Source: a virus
Lineage: Duplodnaviria > Caudoviricetes
Strand: one strand, 5' to 3'
Length of the DNA: 60,010 nucleotides
IMG/VR virus record: IMGVR_UViG_3300012000_000018
Location: 1 to 60,010 of that record
Under the pieces are notes generated by a model. The model did no database searches. It saw only the letters and a program-made list of their open reading frames with translations, and was not told where the DNA came from. The translations under genes and the position numbers were made by a program. Shown here one piece after another: positions 19,100 through 28,746 of the stretch (position 1 is its first letter; every line of letters starts with the position of its first letter).

Positions 19100-19270
19100 A
19101 TGGATACAGTCCAAAAAATCAGACTGCACTGGTCTGATGGCACCACCAACACTGTCTTCGAAGACGATGTTGTTGATTTACTTCTCGACCAAACTTTCAT
19201 TAATGATGAAAGCGGGAAGCGTCCAGTAACTGTCGTAAAGACAGAACGCGTTACAGTTGAACGCAAATAA
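19100..19270 (+). CDS. Hypothetical early protein
   Basis: MDTVQKIRLHW after GGGGGG RBS; own promoter and terminator. Confidence 0.6.
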   Translation: MDTVQKIRLHWSDGTTNTVFEDDVVDLLLDQTFINDESGKRPVTVVKTERVTVERK

Positions 19271-19457
19271 CTAAGGGAAGACCCCCGTCTAAACAGCGGG
19301 GGTTTTTCTTTGTGTCTTGACTTGACAAGTTGTTTTCCGTCTGTTTAAATACATCTTGTGTTCAGGGCAGACGCTGTTTGCTGTTGCTGAATAGGAATGA
19401 GGTCCTAGGCCAAAAAGTCCGTTCCCTGGGCACATCAATCAAATGAAAGGAAGTTGT

Positions 19458-19709
19458 ATGAAAGTCAAAGACCTGGTCCAAATGGTTACCACCAACTATG
19501 ACGCAGAAGATGAAGTTATTGTTTTAATTTATTCAAAGGACACATTCGATTATCCCGAGGATGACGAGATGGTTCTCACAGATGAGGGCTGGCTCAAGAT
19601 GGTTGAGGAGATGGAATCCTCTGGAGGACTCGACCCCCACGACCAACATCTTTCAAATGTTCTTAGCGAAATGTCCAGCGAGTATGCCGAACTGGTAGTT
19701 GACAAATAG
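19458..19709 (+). CDS. Acidic hypothetical protein (family X, copy 1)
   Basis: MKVKDLV...LTDEGW; GAAAGGA RBS. Confidence 0.65.
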   Translation: MKVKDLVQMVTTNYDAEDEVIVLIYSKDTFDYPEDDEMVLTDEGWLKMVEEMESSGGLDPHDQHLSNVLSEMSSEYAELVVDK

Positions 19710-19754
19710 AAATAAATCATTAGACTTGCACTACCAACTAGAGAAAGGAAAATA

Positions 19755-19931
19755 ATGCAAGACTACGAGTTCGTAATAAAACTCAATGGAGTTGTTTCTG
19801 CCGAAAGTGAAAAAGACGCGGTAGAAAAAATAAATGCACACCTAGACGACTTAGGAAAGATAGAGTCGAAACAGCACGACCTACATTGGCCTGACGCCGA
19901 GTGGGAAATCAATGAAAGGGAGATGGTATGA
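19755..19931 (+). CDS. Small hypothetical protein
   Basis: Manual translation MQDYEFVIKLNGVVSAESEKDAVEKI...; promoter and RBS present. Confidence 0.6.
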   Translation: MQDYEFVIKLNGVVSAESEKDAVEKINAHLDDLGKIESKQHDLHWPDAEWEINEREMV

Positions 19932-20185
19932 ATACAAAACCAAAGTGGGGAATCCTCGCTAGCGATTTGATTGAACTAATCAAAGGCGAGTATAAAGATG
20001 ATGAAGTTATTGGCTTTAGCATCTATGGCAAGTCAGACATCGAAATTGACTTGGATTACAAAGTTACAGATGAGCAATGGGAAAAGTTTCTTGAGGCTTT
20101 TGTAACAGACGACAATCTAAATGAAATTCGCGCTATGGCGTGGATGGATGCATTACAAATTATTCGTGATGAAGTAGAAGGGTAA
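19928..20185 (+). CDS. Acidic hypothetical protein (family X, copy 2)
   Basis: DLIELI...VTDEQW. Confidence 0.65.
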   Translation: MNTKPKWGILASDLIELIKGEYKDDEVIGFSIYGKSDIEIDLDYKVTDEQWEKFLEAFVTDDNLNEIRAMAWMDALQIIRDEVEG

Positions 20186-20189
20186 AGAA

Positions 20190-20612
20190 ATGGGTCAGTA
20201 TCACGTTTTAGTAAATTACGACAAGAAGGAAGTTGTAGTGCCACACGCACTCGGCTTGGGTCTTAAGCAATGGGAACACATTGGAGATTTCAATGGAAGT
20301 CTTTCGGATGCTCTCTATGTTCTAACAATGACATCGCCTAATCGCGGTGGGGGCGACTTGCCTCTTACTGCGGTGTCAGGGCGCTGGGCTGGCGACAGAT
20401 GTTTTGTCTATGGCGACTACACAGAGGACTCGGACTTGCCGAACATTCCAAACGCTGGCTCGCTCAACACAGAGGGCGAGGGCTGGACAGACATTAGCGA
20501 ACAGGTCGCGGATGCTCTCGGGCGTGTCTTTGATTTCAAAATGGTAGGCGATGGCTGGAAACAGAGAACGCCACATACTTACGAACCTGAAGTGCCATCG
20601 GAGTTATTGTAA
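20190..20612 (+). CDS. Conserved phage hypothetical protein
   Basis: MGQYHVLVNYDKKE...GRWAGDR...GDY. Confidence 0.7.
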   Translation: MGQYHVLVNYDKKEVVVPHALGLGLKQWEHIGDFNGSLSDALYVLTMTSPNRGGGDLPLTAVSGRWAGDRCFVYGDYTEDSDLPNIPNAGSLNTEGEGWTDISEQVADALGRVFDFKMVGDGWKQRTPHTYEPEVPSELL

Positions 20613-21101
20613 GATTACATCTATGAACCACTTATTCGTTGAGATACCCGATAGGGATGACGGCTTCGGGATGATTACCATTTGTTCCATCTGCGCTGTA
20701 AAGCAGGATGATTCAAACCTAGAGGAAGTCTGCCCCGATACCCTAGACTAATTCAAACGCAACAAACGGCGTGCCAATAATTTCGTGCGAGACACGGAGT
20801 TGGCACGCTTTTTCTTTTGTCTAACCGCTGAAGATTTCCGCCGCCAGGTAAGACATCTTGAAGTTGTTGGGAAGTCTGACTGAACACATTTGCTGCCAGC
20901 GCTGTATAAAGTTATTGGGAAGTTTGGATGACCAGTCAAAGACCGCTGAGTAAAAAGTAAAAACGGCGAGCGCTTATGCCGAACCGAGTAAAAAGTAAAA
21001 AGTCCTACAGCGCTGAGCCCCATCTAAAAAAGTTGTTGGGAAGTCGGCGTGTCTTCAGCAACGGGGCTTGACAAATCAACGGCAAGCGTTAGACTGGTGC
21101 T

Positions 21102-21254
21102 ATGAAAAAGAAAAACGCTCTTGACGGCTTGCTTCGCTTGCGAGGTCGCTTTGTGCTGAACCAAAAAGCACAGGTGTTTGCCGACAAGAGAAACAAACGA
21201 AACCGCACTCGTTCTGAAAACAAACGGCGTGCCTTAGAGGAACAGGGAGAATAA
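21102..21254 (+). CDS. Small basic leaderless protein (50 aa)
   Basis: TTGACA/TAGACT promoter, then MKKKNALDGLLRLRG...DKRNKRNRTRSENKRRALEE. Confidence 0.55.
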   Translation: MKKKNALDGLLRLRGRFVLNQKAQVFADKRNKRNRTRSENKRRALEEQGE

Positions 21255-21257
21255 ATA

Positions 21258-21524
21258 ATGACCGCTACAAAACAAGACACGATACAAGAACGCTGGAACG
21301 CTGGATACTACTCCGCACTCAACGGAGCAACTATTATCAAGTTCCTGCGAACCGATACAGACGAGTTCGGTGGGAAAGGGTTTCCTATGTTCCTCGTCAA
21401 ACTTGCCAACGGCAAACTAACAGAACTTGTTGTATCGCAAGACGAAGAGGGAAATGGCGGTGGGTTCTTGTTTGGACTTCCCGACTACACACTTCCCGAG
21501 TTTCGGCGCTTGACAGAAAAATAA
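21258..21524 (+). CDS. Hypothetical protein
   Basis: SQDEEGNGGGFLF motif. Confidence 0.65.
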   Translation: MTATKQDTIQERWNAGYYSALNGATIIKFLRTDTDEFGGKGFPMFLVKLANGKLTELVVSQDEEGNGGGFLFGLPDYTLPEFRRLTEK

Positions 21525-21564
21525 AAATCGTTAGACTTACACCAACCAACAGAAAGGAAGTCCA

Positions 21565-22245
21565 ATGCCCAACTGGGTCTATAACAATCTATCTATTGAA
21601 GGTTCAGAGGAAGCCATTGCGAAAGTAAAGGCTCAACTCAATAAGCCACTTGAAAAAAAGTATAGAAACCAAGAAAACACTACAACTTATTCAAATCCAG
21701 TATTTTCTTTTATGAACATTATTGCGCCACCTGACGACAAGTTAGATGAATACTTTGGAACTCACGGCTACGAAGGCGGTGTTGCTAAAGGAGATACTGA
21801 ATACAACTGGTATAACTTCAACAATACTAAGTGGGGAACTAAGTGGGATGTCGCAGTATCAGACGAAGAGAAGTTTCCTGAAACTGAAATAACTAATGAG
21901 TCTGCTACACACATTTCTTATCGCTTCAATACTGCGTGGTCGCCACCACTTCCAGTTATTGAGGAACTATCTGTTCAACACCCCGAACTAGAAATAACTT
22001 TAGAGTATGAAGAAGAACAAGGTTGGGGTGGAGAAATCTTTTGGGACTCAACTGGTTCAAGTATTGTTCGTGAGTGGGACATACCTGACTCACATAAAGA
22101 TTATGTTGATAGAGATAACGAAGAAGGTTGTCGTTGCTCTTGGGAAGAAGACCCTAAAGAGTGGTATAAAGATTGCCCAAACAATAACTCAAAGCCAATA
22201 GAACTTCACGAAGTTCGTGAGATAGAAATAGTAGGTGCTGAATAA
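21565..22245 (+). CDS. DUF1281/YubB-like ferredoxin-fold protein
   Basis: MPNWVYN, WYNFNNTKWGTKWD, FNTAWSPP. Confidence 0.8.
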   Translation: MPNWVYNNLSIEGSEEAIAKVKAQLNKPLEKKYRNQENTTTYSNPVFSFMNIIAPPDDKLDEYFGTHGYEGGVAKGDTEYNWYNFNNTKWGTKWDVAVSDEEKFPETEITNESATHISYRFNTAWSPPLPVIEELSVQHPELEITLEYEEEQGWGGEIFWDSTGSSIVREWDIPDSHKDYVDRDNEEGCRCSWEEDPKEWYKDCPNNNSKPIELHEVREIEIVGAE

Positions 22246-22466
22246 TGTCCGAAGAAATGCCACAACCAACAATCCATTACTTTGCTATGGACGGAAACTT
22301 TGGCAACGCAGATGGGATAGTCCTTGTCCAAACTCAAGATTGGACAGAGGCAGATTGGGAAGAAGTAGAGAACGCTTCCGACCACGAACGAGCCAATGTT
22401 GCGATTGAAGTATCCAAGCAGTATGGGGTTCAGTTGCTTGACATACCTGACCCTGACACGATTTGA
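22245..22466 (+). CDS. Acidic hypothetical protein
   Basis: 73 aa ORF, translationally coupled to the upstream gene. Confidence 0.6.
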   Translation: MSEEMPQPTIHYFAMDGNFGNADGIVLVQTQDWTEADWEEVENASDHERANVAIEVSKQYGVQLLDIPDPDTI

Positions 22467-22518
22467 CAATCGTTTATCCAACCTTTACACTTACACCAAC
22501 AACTAAGAAAGGGAAAAA

Positions 22519-22719
22519 ATGAAATCAAAATCATTTCTTGTTACTGTCTATTACGACAATAATCAAGATGAGTATTTCTGCGACCCCTCTATCGCAGAAG
22601 TAATACGCAACCACATAAATGAAACTAATGAAGATGTGAGAATTGTTGATGTTGCTATTGACACAGATTATTCTCGTATATTGGCAGTAACAAATAATCA
22701 AATAAATGACCCGCTATAA
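22519..22719 (+). CDS. Hypothetical protein
   Basis: Own promoter and AAAGGG RBS. Confidence 0.6.
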   Translation: MKSKSFLVTVYYDNNQDEYFCDPSIAEVIRNHINETNEDVRIVDVAIDTDYSRILAVTNNQINDPL

Positions 22720-22876
22720 ATCAACTTGACAGGAAAAAAGTAAAGCACTACAATTACACCACCCCCAAAGACAGGGAGAACTAGGGGGCGACACGCCGAA
22801 AGTCATAACTTGACAATCGGGAAGTGTTCGGTAATAATTCTCTTACCTAGCAAAACAAACGAAAGGAAACACCCAA

Positions 22877-23332
22877 GTGCTAAGTAAAGAAAAAGATGTT
22901 CAGGGAGTCGGAGTTTATGCCGAGTTCCGTAAGACAGGACAAGTAATGCAAGTCATTATTACTCCTGACGCTTACACAACAGCAGGAACTTTAGTTCCTA
23001 TGACCTTTGTTCGTAGAGTGATTACACCAAGCACTCCACGCAAACAATGGAAAACTTCTATTCTGCGCTCTAAGGAATTAGAGGAAATTGTAGATAGTGG
23101 TTCAACACTCCAAGATAGCGCAAAGGAGAACTTCACAGAACTTCGTATGCGCCACGCAACTTCATACTTTGATAGCGTGATTAGTCAAGGTTGGTCTTTA
23201 GAAAAAACTCCAATACTTGTAGAGGTATCTCGCGGAGACGCAGACGACCTTGCCAAAGGTAAGACACCTAATAAAATCCTTTATCGTGTTCATCTATCTC
23301 GGAAGGCTCTTGCCTTTCCTGAATTAGTATAA
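22877..23332 (+). CDS. Hypothetical protein, first gene of the AAA/vWA unit
   Basis: 151 aa ORF; GAAAGGA RBS. Confidence 0.7.
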   Translation: MLSKEKDVQGVGVYAEFRKTGQVMQVIITPDAYTTAGTLVPMTFVRRVITPSTPRKQWKTSILRSKELEEIVDSGSTLQDSAKENFTELRMRHATSYFDSVISQGWSLEKTPILVEVSRGDADDLAKGKTPNKILYRVHLSRKALAFPELV

Positions 23333-23357
23333 AAAAGAAAGACAGGGAAAATACAAA

Positions 23358-24407
23358 ATGACAACAATGAAAGAGCAGTATGCTCAACTAAGTCCAAATC
23401 TGACCCCAAGCCTTTGGGATACGATTATTGAAGTTGCCACACAGGGAGTAAATGAAAGTGCTACGACTACACTTAGCGCAAGTGTTCCCCCAAGTGGTCG
23501 CTATGTTGCTCGCGCAAGTGGCGCAGATAGAAAGCCAAGAAAACCTAAGATGAGTTCTTTACCAAGTATTGACGCTCTAGTTGGAGATGATGTTTATTTC
23601 CGACCTAATGGTTCTAAGTATGTTGCTCGTATGTGGGGAAGCCACCAAGATGTAATGGCTCTGCGTAATGCGAGAGAAGCAACTAAGCAAGCAGTTCTTA
23701 CAGGTGAAGGTTCGCCTTTGTTCCCAATGTTTTATGGCGCACCCGGCACAGGTAAAACTGCGTTGGTTGAAGCAACCTTCGGTGAGGGTATGCGAACACT
23801 CGTTGGACACGGAGACATTGAAGTTTCTGACTTGCTCGGAAACTTTATCCAAACACCAAGCGGAAACTTTGATTGGATTGACGGAGATTTAGTCAAGTGT
23901 ATGGAAAATGGTTGGGTCTATTTCGTAGATGAAATTGGTCTGATTGACCCAAAGGTTCTTTCAATCCTTTATGGTGCTATGGACGGACGCAGAGAAGTTG
24001 TTGTATCTGCTAATCCTGAACGCGGAGTTATCAAGGCTCACCCTGATTTCTTTGTGGTTAGTGCTACAAATCCAAACGCACCCGGAGTTCGTATCAGCGA
24101 AGCATTGAGTTCTCGTTTTACTCTCCAAGTTGAAATGACAACTGATTGGAACTTGGCTAAGAAACTTGGCGTTCCTGCTATGTTGATTACTGCTTCACAA
24201 AATCTTTCACGCAAGCAACTTTCTAACGAAGTTTCTTGGTGTCCTCAAATGCGTGAGTTGCTTGCGTTCCGCGACATTTCAACAACTTTCGGAACAGAGT
24301 TCGCAATCTCTAACTTGATTGCGAGCGCACCTGAAAATGACAGAGCAACTGTCGCAGATGTTCTCTCTCGCTCCTTCGGGGCAGAGTGTAAGACAGCCAA
24401 AATCTAG
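23358..24407 (+). CDS. MoxR/CbbQ/CobS-type AAA+ ATPase
   Basis: Walker A GAPGTGKT, Walker B YFVDE, IKAHPDFFVVSATNP, SEALSSRF. Confidence 0.9.
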   Translation: MTTMKEQYAQLSPNLTPSLWDTIIEVATQGVNESATTTLSASVPPSGRYVARASGADRKPRKPKMSSLPSIDALVGDDVYFRPNGSKYVARMWGSHQDVMALRNAREATKQAVLTGEGSPLFPMFYGAPGTGKTALVEATFGEGMRTLVGHGDIEVSDLLGNFIQTPSGNFDWIDGDLVKCMENGWVYFVDEIGLIDPKVLSILYGAMDGRREVVVSANPERGVIKAHPDFFVVSATNPNAPGVRISEALSSRFTLQVEMTTDWNLAKKLGVPAMLITASQNLSRKQLSNEVSWCPQMRELLAFRDISTTFGTEFAISNLIASAPENDRATVADVLSRSFGAECKTAKI

Positions 24408-24581
24408 CCCTTCCCTGTCGCTAGGTTTTGGTTCGGGTGGGGGTTTGAGCGAGCCTTCTTGGGTGCGCTCGCTCCCCCCACCCACCCCCAACACGCCAAA
24501 GACAGGATTTGACAAAAGGAAAATAAAAGAGGATACTAGGGTTATTAGGTCGGAAGCCTGATACTAACGAAGGGGAAAGAA

Positions 24582-26366
24582 ATGGCTCACATAAAGTTTG
24601 ACGATACACGAACAGCGCATACGCCTGTTGAGTGGTTATCAGTAGGACGCGACATAGGAACACTTGCTAACAAGTGGTCTAATCGCGGAGATTTAGTTGC
24701 TTATGTTGGAACAGGCGCAGGTGGTATTGCTCCTGCTTGCTACAACCCAACACTTGCGGAAGTTGAAGTAAATGTTGAAATCGCATTTGGAAAAGGAATT
24801 ACACCTGAACAAATTGGCGACCTAACTAATCGTTCAACTCACTATGAGTATCCAAAGGCGATAGGTGCTATTCAGCACGAAGCCTTCCACGCTCGCTTCT
24901 CACAATGGTCTATGCCAAAGGCTTATAGCGAACTAAAGCCTGACGAATACCAAGCACTTGTATTGCTAGAGGAAAGTCGCATTGAGTATCGCGGTCTAAC
25001 TGCTATGCCAAGTGCTAGACCTTTCCTTCGTGCTTGCGCTATGGAAATTGTTATTGGAGATGTAAAAGAGGGTGCGGAAAAAACAAGCACCACTCAATCA
25101 CTTACTAATCTTGTCGGTCTTGTTCATAGTCGCATTGACGCAGGTATTCTTGACGCAGATGAAGTTTCTACAATTACAGAAATGATTGAGAAGGAACTTG
25201 GTCTTGAAGTTGTTGAGAAGTTGCGCTCGCTTGCTCGTCAAGCACAACTCCACGAAAACGATACTGACCTTACAGACATTTATCCTATTGCGATTGAGTG
25301 GGCGAAAATTGTTCGTGAGTTAGCAAAAGAGCGTGGAGATGAAGGAACTCCCGAAGGCGGTTGCGGTTTTCCTATTCCTATGGAAATGCTAGAGGAAATC
25401 CTTGACGCTCTAAATGAGAGTGCTTCAACAGTAGAAGTGAATAACTTTGGCGAACTATCTGACGCAGAGCAAGCAGATGATTGGAAGCAAGAAGCACAAG
25501 CAAAGGCTAAGGAAAGTCAGGAACGCTTAGAGAATAAAGAAATCTCTACAGAAGTTTTTACGAAGTCGTCAGGTCCGGGTAAGAGCAGAACAGATAGCAA
25601 GTTGATTGAAACTCGCAACCCAACAGGTGCGGAGCGTTCTGCGTCAGTTCTTATTGGTCGCTGGTTAGAAAAGGCTAAGTATCGTGAGCGCGACATTGTT
25701 GAAAGGTCTAGTGAAGTTCCACCCGGACGCTTACGCACTCGCGCAATCGTTCAGCGTGAAGCACTACGCTCTCGCGGTATTCATACAAAGGTAGAACCTT
25801 TCCGAAAGAAAGTTCGTAAGCACACAGACGACCCAACTCTCAAAGTTGGAATAATGGTAGATATTTCAGGTTCAATGGGAAGTGCTATGAACCCAATGGC
25901 TACAACTGCGTGGGTAATGTCGTCAGCAGTAAATCGTATTCAAGGTGAGTGCGCTATGGTTTATTTCGGTAATGATGTGTTCCCTGTTCTAAAGTCAGGT
26001 CAGAAGTTAGACCAAGTAAATGTTTATTCAGCAGAGGACGGAACTGAAAAGTTTGAGCGAGCATACAAAGCACTAGAAGGTTCTCTCAACTTACTCAATG
26101 GAAGCGGAGCAAAGTTGCTCGTAATCGTTTCTGATGGTCTTTATTCAGGCAACGAACCTGCCAATGTTCGCAGGGCTATGGCTCAATGTGAGAAGGCTGG
26201 CGTTGCGGTTGTGTGGCTACCATTTAGCCACTCGCACAGAGCCAACGATTTGGGCGGTGGATACGCTAAAGTTGTTGAGGTTGCTAATCCTGCGGAAGCA
26301 AGTGAAGTAATCGGCAAGGCGTGTGCGGAAGCACTAACTAAAGTTGGACAGAGGGCGGTTGCCTAA
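24582..26366 (+). CDS. vWA (MIDAS) domain protein with N-terminal HEXXH zincin-like domain (CobT-like AAA partner)
   Basis: QHEAFH...LEESRIE; MVDISGSM; LVIVSDG. Confidence 0.85.
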   Translation: MAHIKFDDTRTAHTPVEWLSVGRDIGTLANKWSNRGDLVAYVGTGAGGIAPACYNPTLAEVEVNVEIAFGKGITPEQIGDLTNRSTHYEYPKAIGAIQHEAFHARFSQWSMPKAYSELKPDEYQALVLLEESRIEYRGLTAMPSARPFLRACAMEIVIGDVKEGAEKTSTTQSLTNLVGLVHSRIDAGILDADEVSTITEMIEKELGLEVVEKLRSLARQAQLHENDTDLTDIYPIAIEWAKIVRELAKERGDEGTPEGGCGFPIPMEMLEEILDALNESASTVEVNNFGELSDAEQADDWKQEAQAKAKESQERLENKEISTEVFTKSSGPGKSRTDSKLIETRNPTGAERSASVLIGRWLEKAKYRERDIVERSSEVPPGRLRTRAIVQREALRSRGIHTKVEPFRKKVRKHTDDPTLKVGIMVDISGSMGSAMNPMATTAWVMSSAVNRIQGECAMVYFGNDVFPVLKSGQKLDQVNVYSAEDGTEKFERAYKALEGSLNLLNGSGAKLLVIVSDGLYSGNEPANVRRAMAQCEKAGVAVVWLPFSHSHRANDLGGGYAKVVEVANPAEASEVIGKACAEALTKVGQRAVA

Positions 26367-26536
26367 TGTTCTAAAAGAAGTCTTGGTTCGTGTGGTGCGT
26401 CCTTCCAACGCAAGTCAGTTCCACCACAACTGAACCTACGAACCAAGACCCTAAGTAGGTGAAGCCCCCTTATCCCCTTTGTGGGGCTTCACTTACTACT
26501 TAGTAAAAAGTAAAAACCAATGACGAAAGGATAGAA

Positions 26537-26977
26537 GTGAAAACAATAAATGAATTACTTGAAGGCGCAGAAGTTGTTTGGGCTTCTATGTTTTCAGGAG
26601 TTGCTCCCGACTTAGAGAAACAAGACGACAGCCTTTGGTATGAAGGCGATGGATTTATCTGCCAAGTTTCTTACAAAGGTTTTGAAGTAGATGTTTATGC
26701 AGATGGAGAAGTTCGTGTAATCCACGAACCAACAGAAACAATACTTAGAACTGCGTCAGATTTTTATGGCTTAGGTATAAATTGTGATGAGGACTTGCGA
26801 CTTGCTAATGGTGAGAACGCATTGACTTGGGATAACAATAATTGGTTTGATTTGTATTGTCGGGGCGAACACATAGATTGGGTTTGCGACAGTATTTCAG
26901 AGGCTCTACAAAGTGCGAGTTCCTATGTAAAGGAACAGTATGAAAATGAACAGAAGTTGCTACTTGACTTTGCGTAA
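26537..26977 (+). CDS. Acidic hypothetical protein
   Basis: 146 aa ORF with RBS. Confidence 0.65.
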   Translation: MKTINELLEGAEVVWASMFSGVAPDLEKQDDSLWYEGDGFICQVSYKGFEVDVYADGEVRVIHEPTETILRTASDFYGLGINCDEDLRLANGENALTWDNNNWFDLYCRGEHIDWVCDSISEALQSASSYVKEQYENEQKLLLDFA

Positions 26978-27032
26978 GTAAAGTGGGATAATAGTTCTCA
27001 ACCAAGAACTAAAGAAAGGGTAAAAAGTAAAA

Positions 27033-27545
27033 ATGCACACTTGTCAGATTATGCTTGTCGAAGCAGATAGCGGAGATGAGGCTATTGACGAAGTCAAAGC
27101 ACAAATAACTTATTCAGAAACTCCATACCCTTCGTGGTCAGATTGGCACGAAGTGGGTGGGCGTTGGGAAGGTTTATTTGACGGCTGGGAGCAAACACGA
27201 AATGCTCTTTGCTATGCGGAAAATCCAAATCTTGCAGACGACATTATCAAAGAGTTTGTTGCGGTTCGTAAGAAAGAGTTAGAGCGAGCCTTAGAAGAAA
27301 TGTCTCAACCTGATTTTGACATTGAAGAAATGGTTTCTGCCTACAACCCAGACAAATACGATTTCAGTTATTCAATGAAGGCTTGGACTTTGGCTAGGGT
27401 AGGAAAACTTCTTAGCAACTCTTGGTGTTCAGATACAGGTGTCTTTGACTTGAAGGAAGCCTCTTGCAATCTTGAATACTTTTGGGGGCGAGTAGAGCAA
27501 GACCCGACACGCCAATACCTAGTGCCGATTGACTTTCACTTTTAG
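27033..27545 (+). CDS. Conserved phage hypothetical protein
   Basis: WSDWHEVGGRW...PIDFHF. Confidence 0.7.
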   Translation: MHTCQIMLVEADSGDEAIDEVKAQITYSETPYPSWSDWHEVGGRWEGLFDGWEQTRNALCYAENPNLADDIIKEFVAVRKKELERALEEMSQPDFDIEEMVSAYNPDKYDFSYSMKAWTLARVGKLLSNSWCSDTGVFDLKEASCNLEYFWGRVEQDPTRQYLVPIDFHF

Positions 27546-27584
27546 TTTTGTTATTATTAGCCAACCAATTAGAAAGGGAAACAA

Positions 27585-27824
27585 ATGGAAACAGAGTTCG
27601 GAAAGGTAGTTGCGGAAACAACTTACATAGTTGAAACGCCTATCTGCGGTATGTGTGGCAAGGGTGGAACAGTTGAAGTTCCTATGAAAGGTTTTCTTAT
27701 TCGCCAATTAGGCGGTGCTATTCAAGACGCTTACCCTGAAATGGATAAGGCGTTGCGTGAGCAAATGATTACAGGCACGCACCCAAGTTGTTGGGAAGTT
27801 ATGACGGGCGGGTGGCAAGAGTGA
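27585..27824 (+). CDS. Zn-binding hypothetical protein
   Basis: CGMCG...IQDAYP...REQMITGTHPSCW. Confidence 0.7.
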   Translation: METEFGKVVAETTYIVETPICGMCGKGGTVEVPMKGFLIRQLGGAIQDAYPEMDKALREQMITGTHPSCWEVMTGGWQE

Positions 27825-27986
27825 TTGTCTGTCGTAAATGTGGCTGGGAAGTAAAGCAAGATTTTGGTTTGTGGATAGATACATACAACGGCTCGGTTTG
27901 TGATTGGCGTGGAGATGTTCCACTACCGCACGAACCTAACCGACAACTAGCGAACGCCTAACCGAGAAAGGTAAAAAGTAAAAACT

Positions 27987-28232
27987 ATGCAAGTGAAAAA
28001 ACTAATAGAACAACTATCGGCATACTCACCTGAAACCGAGTTGCTTGTTGCATACTGGGATAAAGAGTGTGTTGAAGGATACTCATACGGCTTGACCTTG
28101 ACGGACGAACAATGGGGGCAAGTCTGCGACAAGTATGAAGACGGCGAGTGGTATTTCCAAAGTTCTGCTGCCGAAGACTTCGTTGATTTAGCAAAAGGCG
28201 TGGTTAGCGAAACGGAGAGTGCAGATGACTAA
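27987..28232 (+). CDS. Acidic hypothetical protein (family X, copy 3)
   Basis: MQVKKLIEQL...LTDEQW. Confidence 0.65.
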   Translation: MQVKKLIEQLSAYSPETELLVAYWDKECVEGYSYGLTLTDEQWGQVCDKYEDGEWYFQSSAAEDFVDLAKGVVSETESADD

Positions 28233-28382
28233 CCGCTGGAAAATAACTTTCGTGTCGCACTTTGGAACGGAAGTGAGTTCCGAAACGCAACGGGGTGCTG
28301 AAGCACAAGCCCGAGAGTGGTTGGAGAACGAATACGGACACGACCTCTCACGCTCAACCGAGATAGAAGTGGAGAAACTGGA

Positions 28383-28607
28383 TTGAAAGCAAAAAGTAAA
28401 AAGTGGATAGTGCGTGGATACTTTTCTGAAAATGAGAAAGAAACAAATGCTTATTACGAAGTAGAAGCCGAAACCGAGAAGGAAGCCGAGCGCATTGGAG
28501 AAGCAAGGGCTAGGGCTGACTTCCCTTATGACCTAATCAAAGGGGCTGACTTCATAGCAGAGCCATACACAAGGGAACGCTCTTGGGGTAAGTTGTGGTT
28601 GGTGTGA
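28383..28607 (+). CDS. Small hypothetical protein
   Basis: YYEVEAETEKEAERIG; start uncertain. Confidence 0.5.
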   Translation: MKAKSKKWIVRGYFSENEKETNAYYEVEAETEKEAERIGEARARADFPYDLIKGADFIAEPYTRERSWGKLWLV

Positions 28608-28746
28608 GCCAAATCACAAAAAATTTTTTGGCGACACGCTCATTTGGATTTGCTTATCGCTTGGCGAAAGGGTAAAGTTCTTTCTTGTCGGGGTCGGATA
28701 CCCCGATGAACTACCAACTACATAACGACGAAGGGAATTGGGCACT

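Noticed and set aside
23358-26366. True cobaltochelatase CobS/CobT for B12 synthesis
   Set aside because: Only the generic AAA/vWA architecture is evident; no CobN or other cob genes in the window
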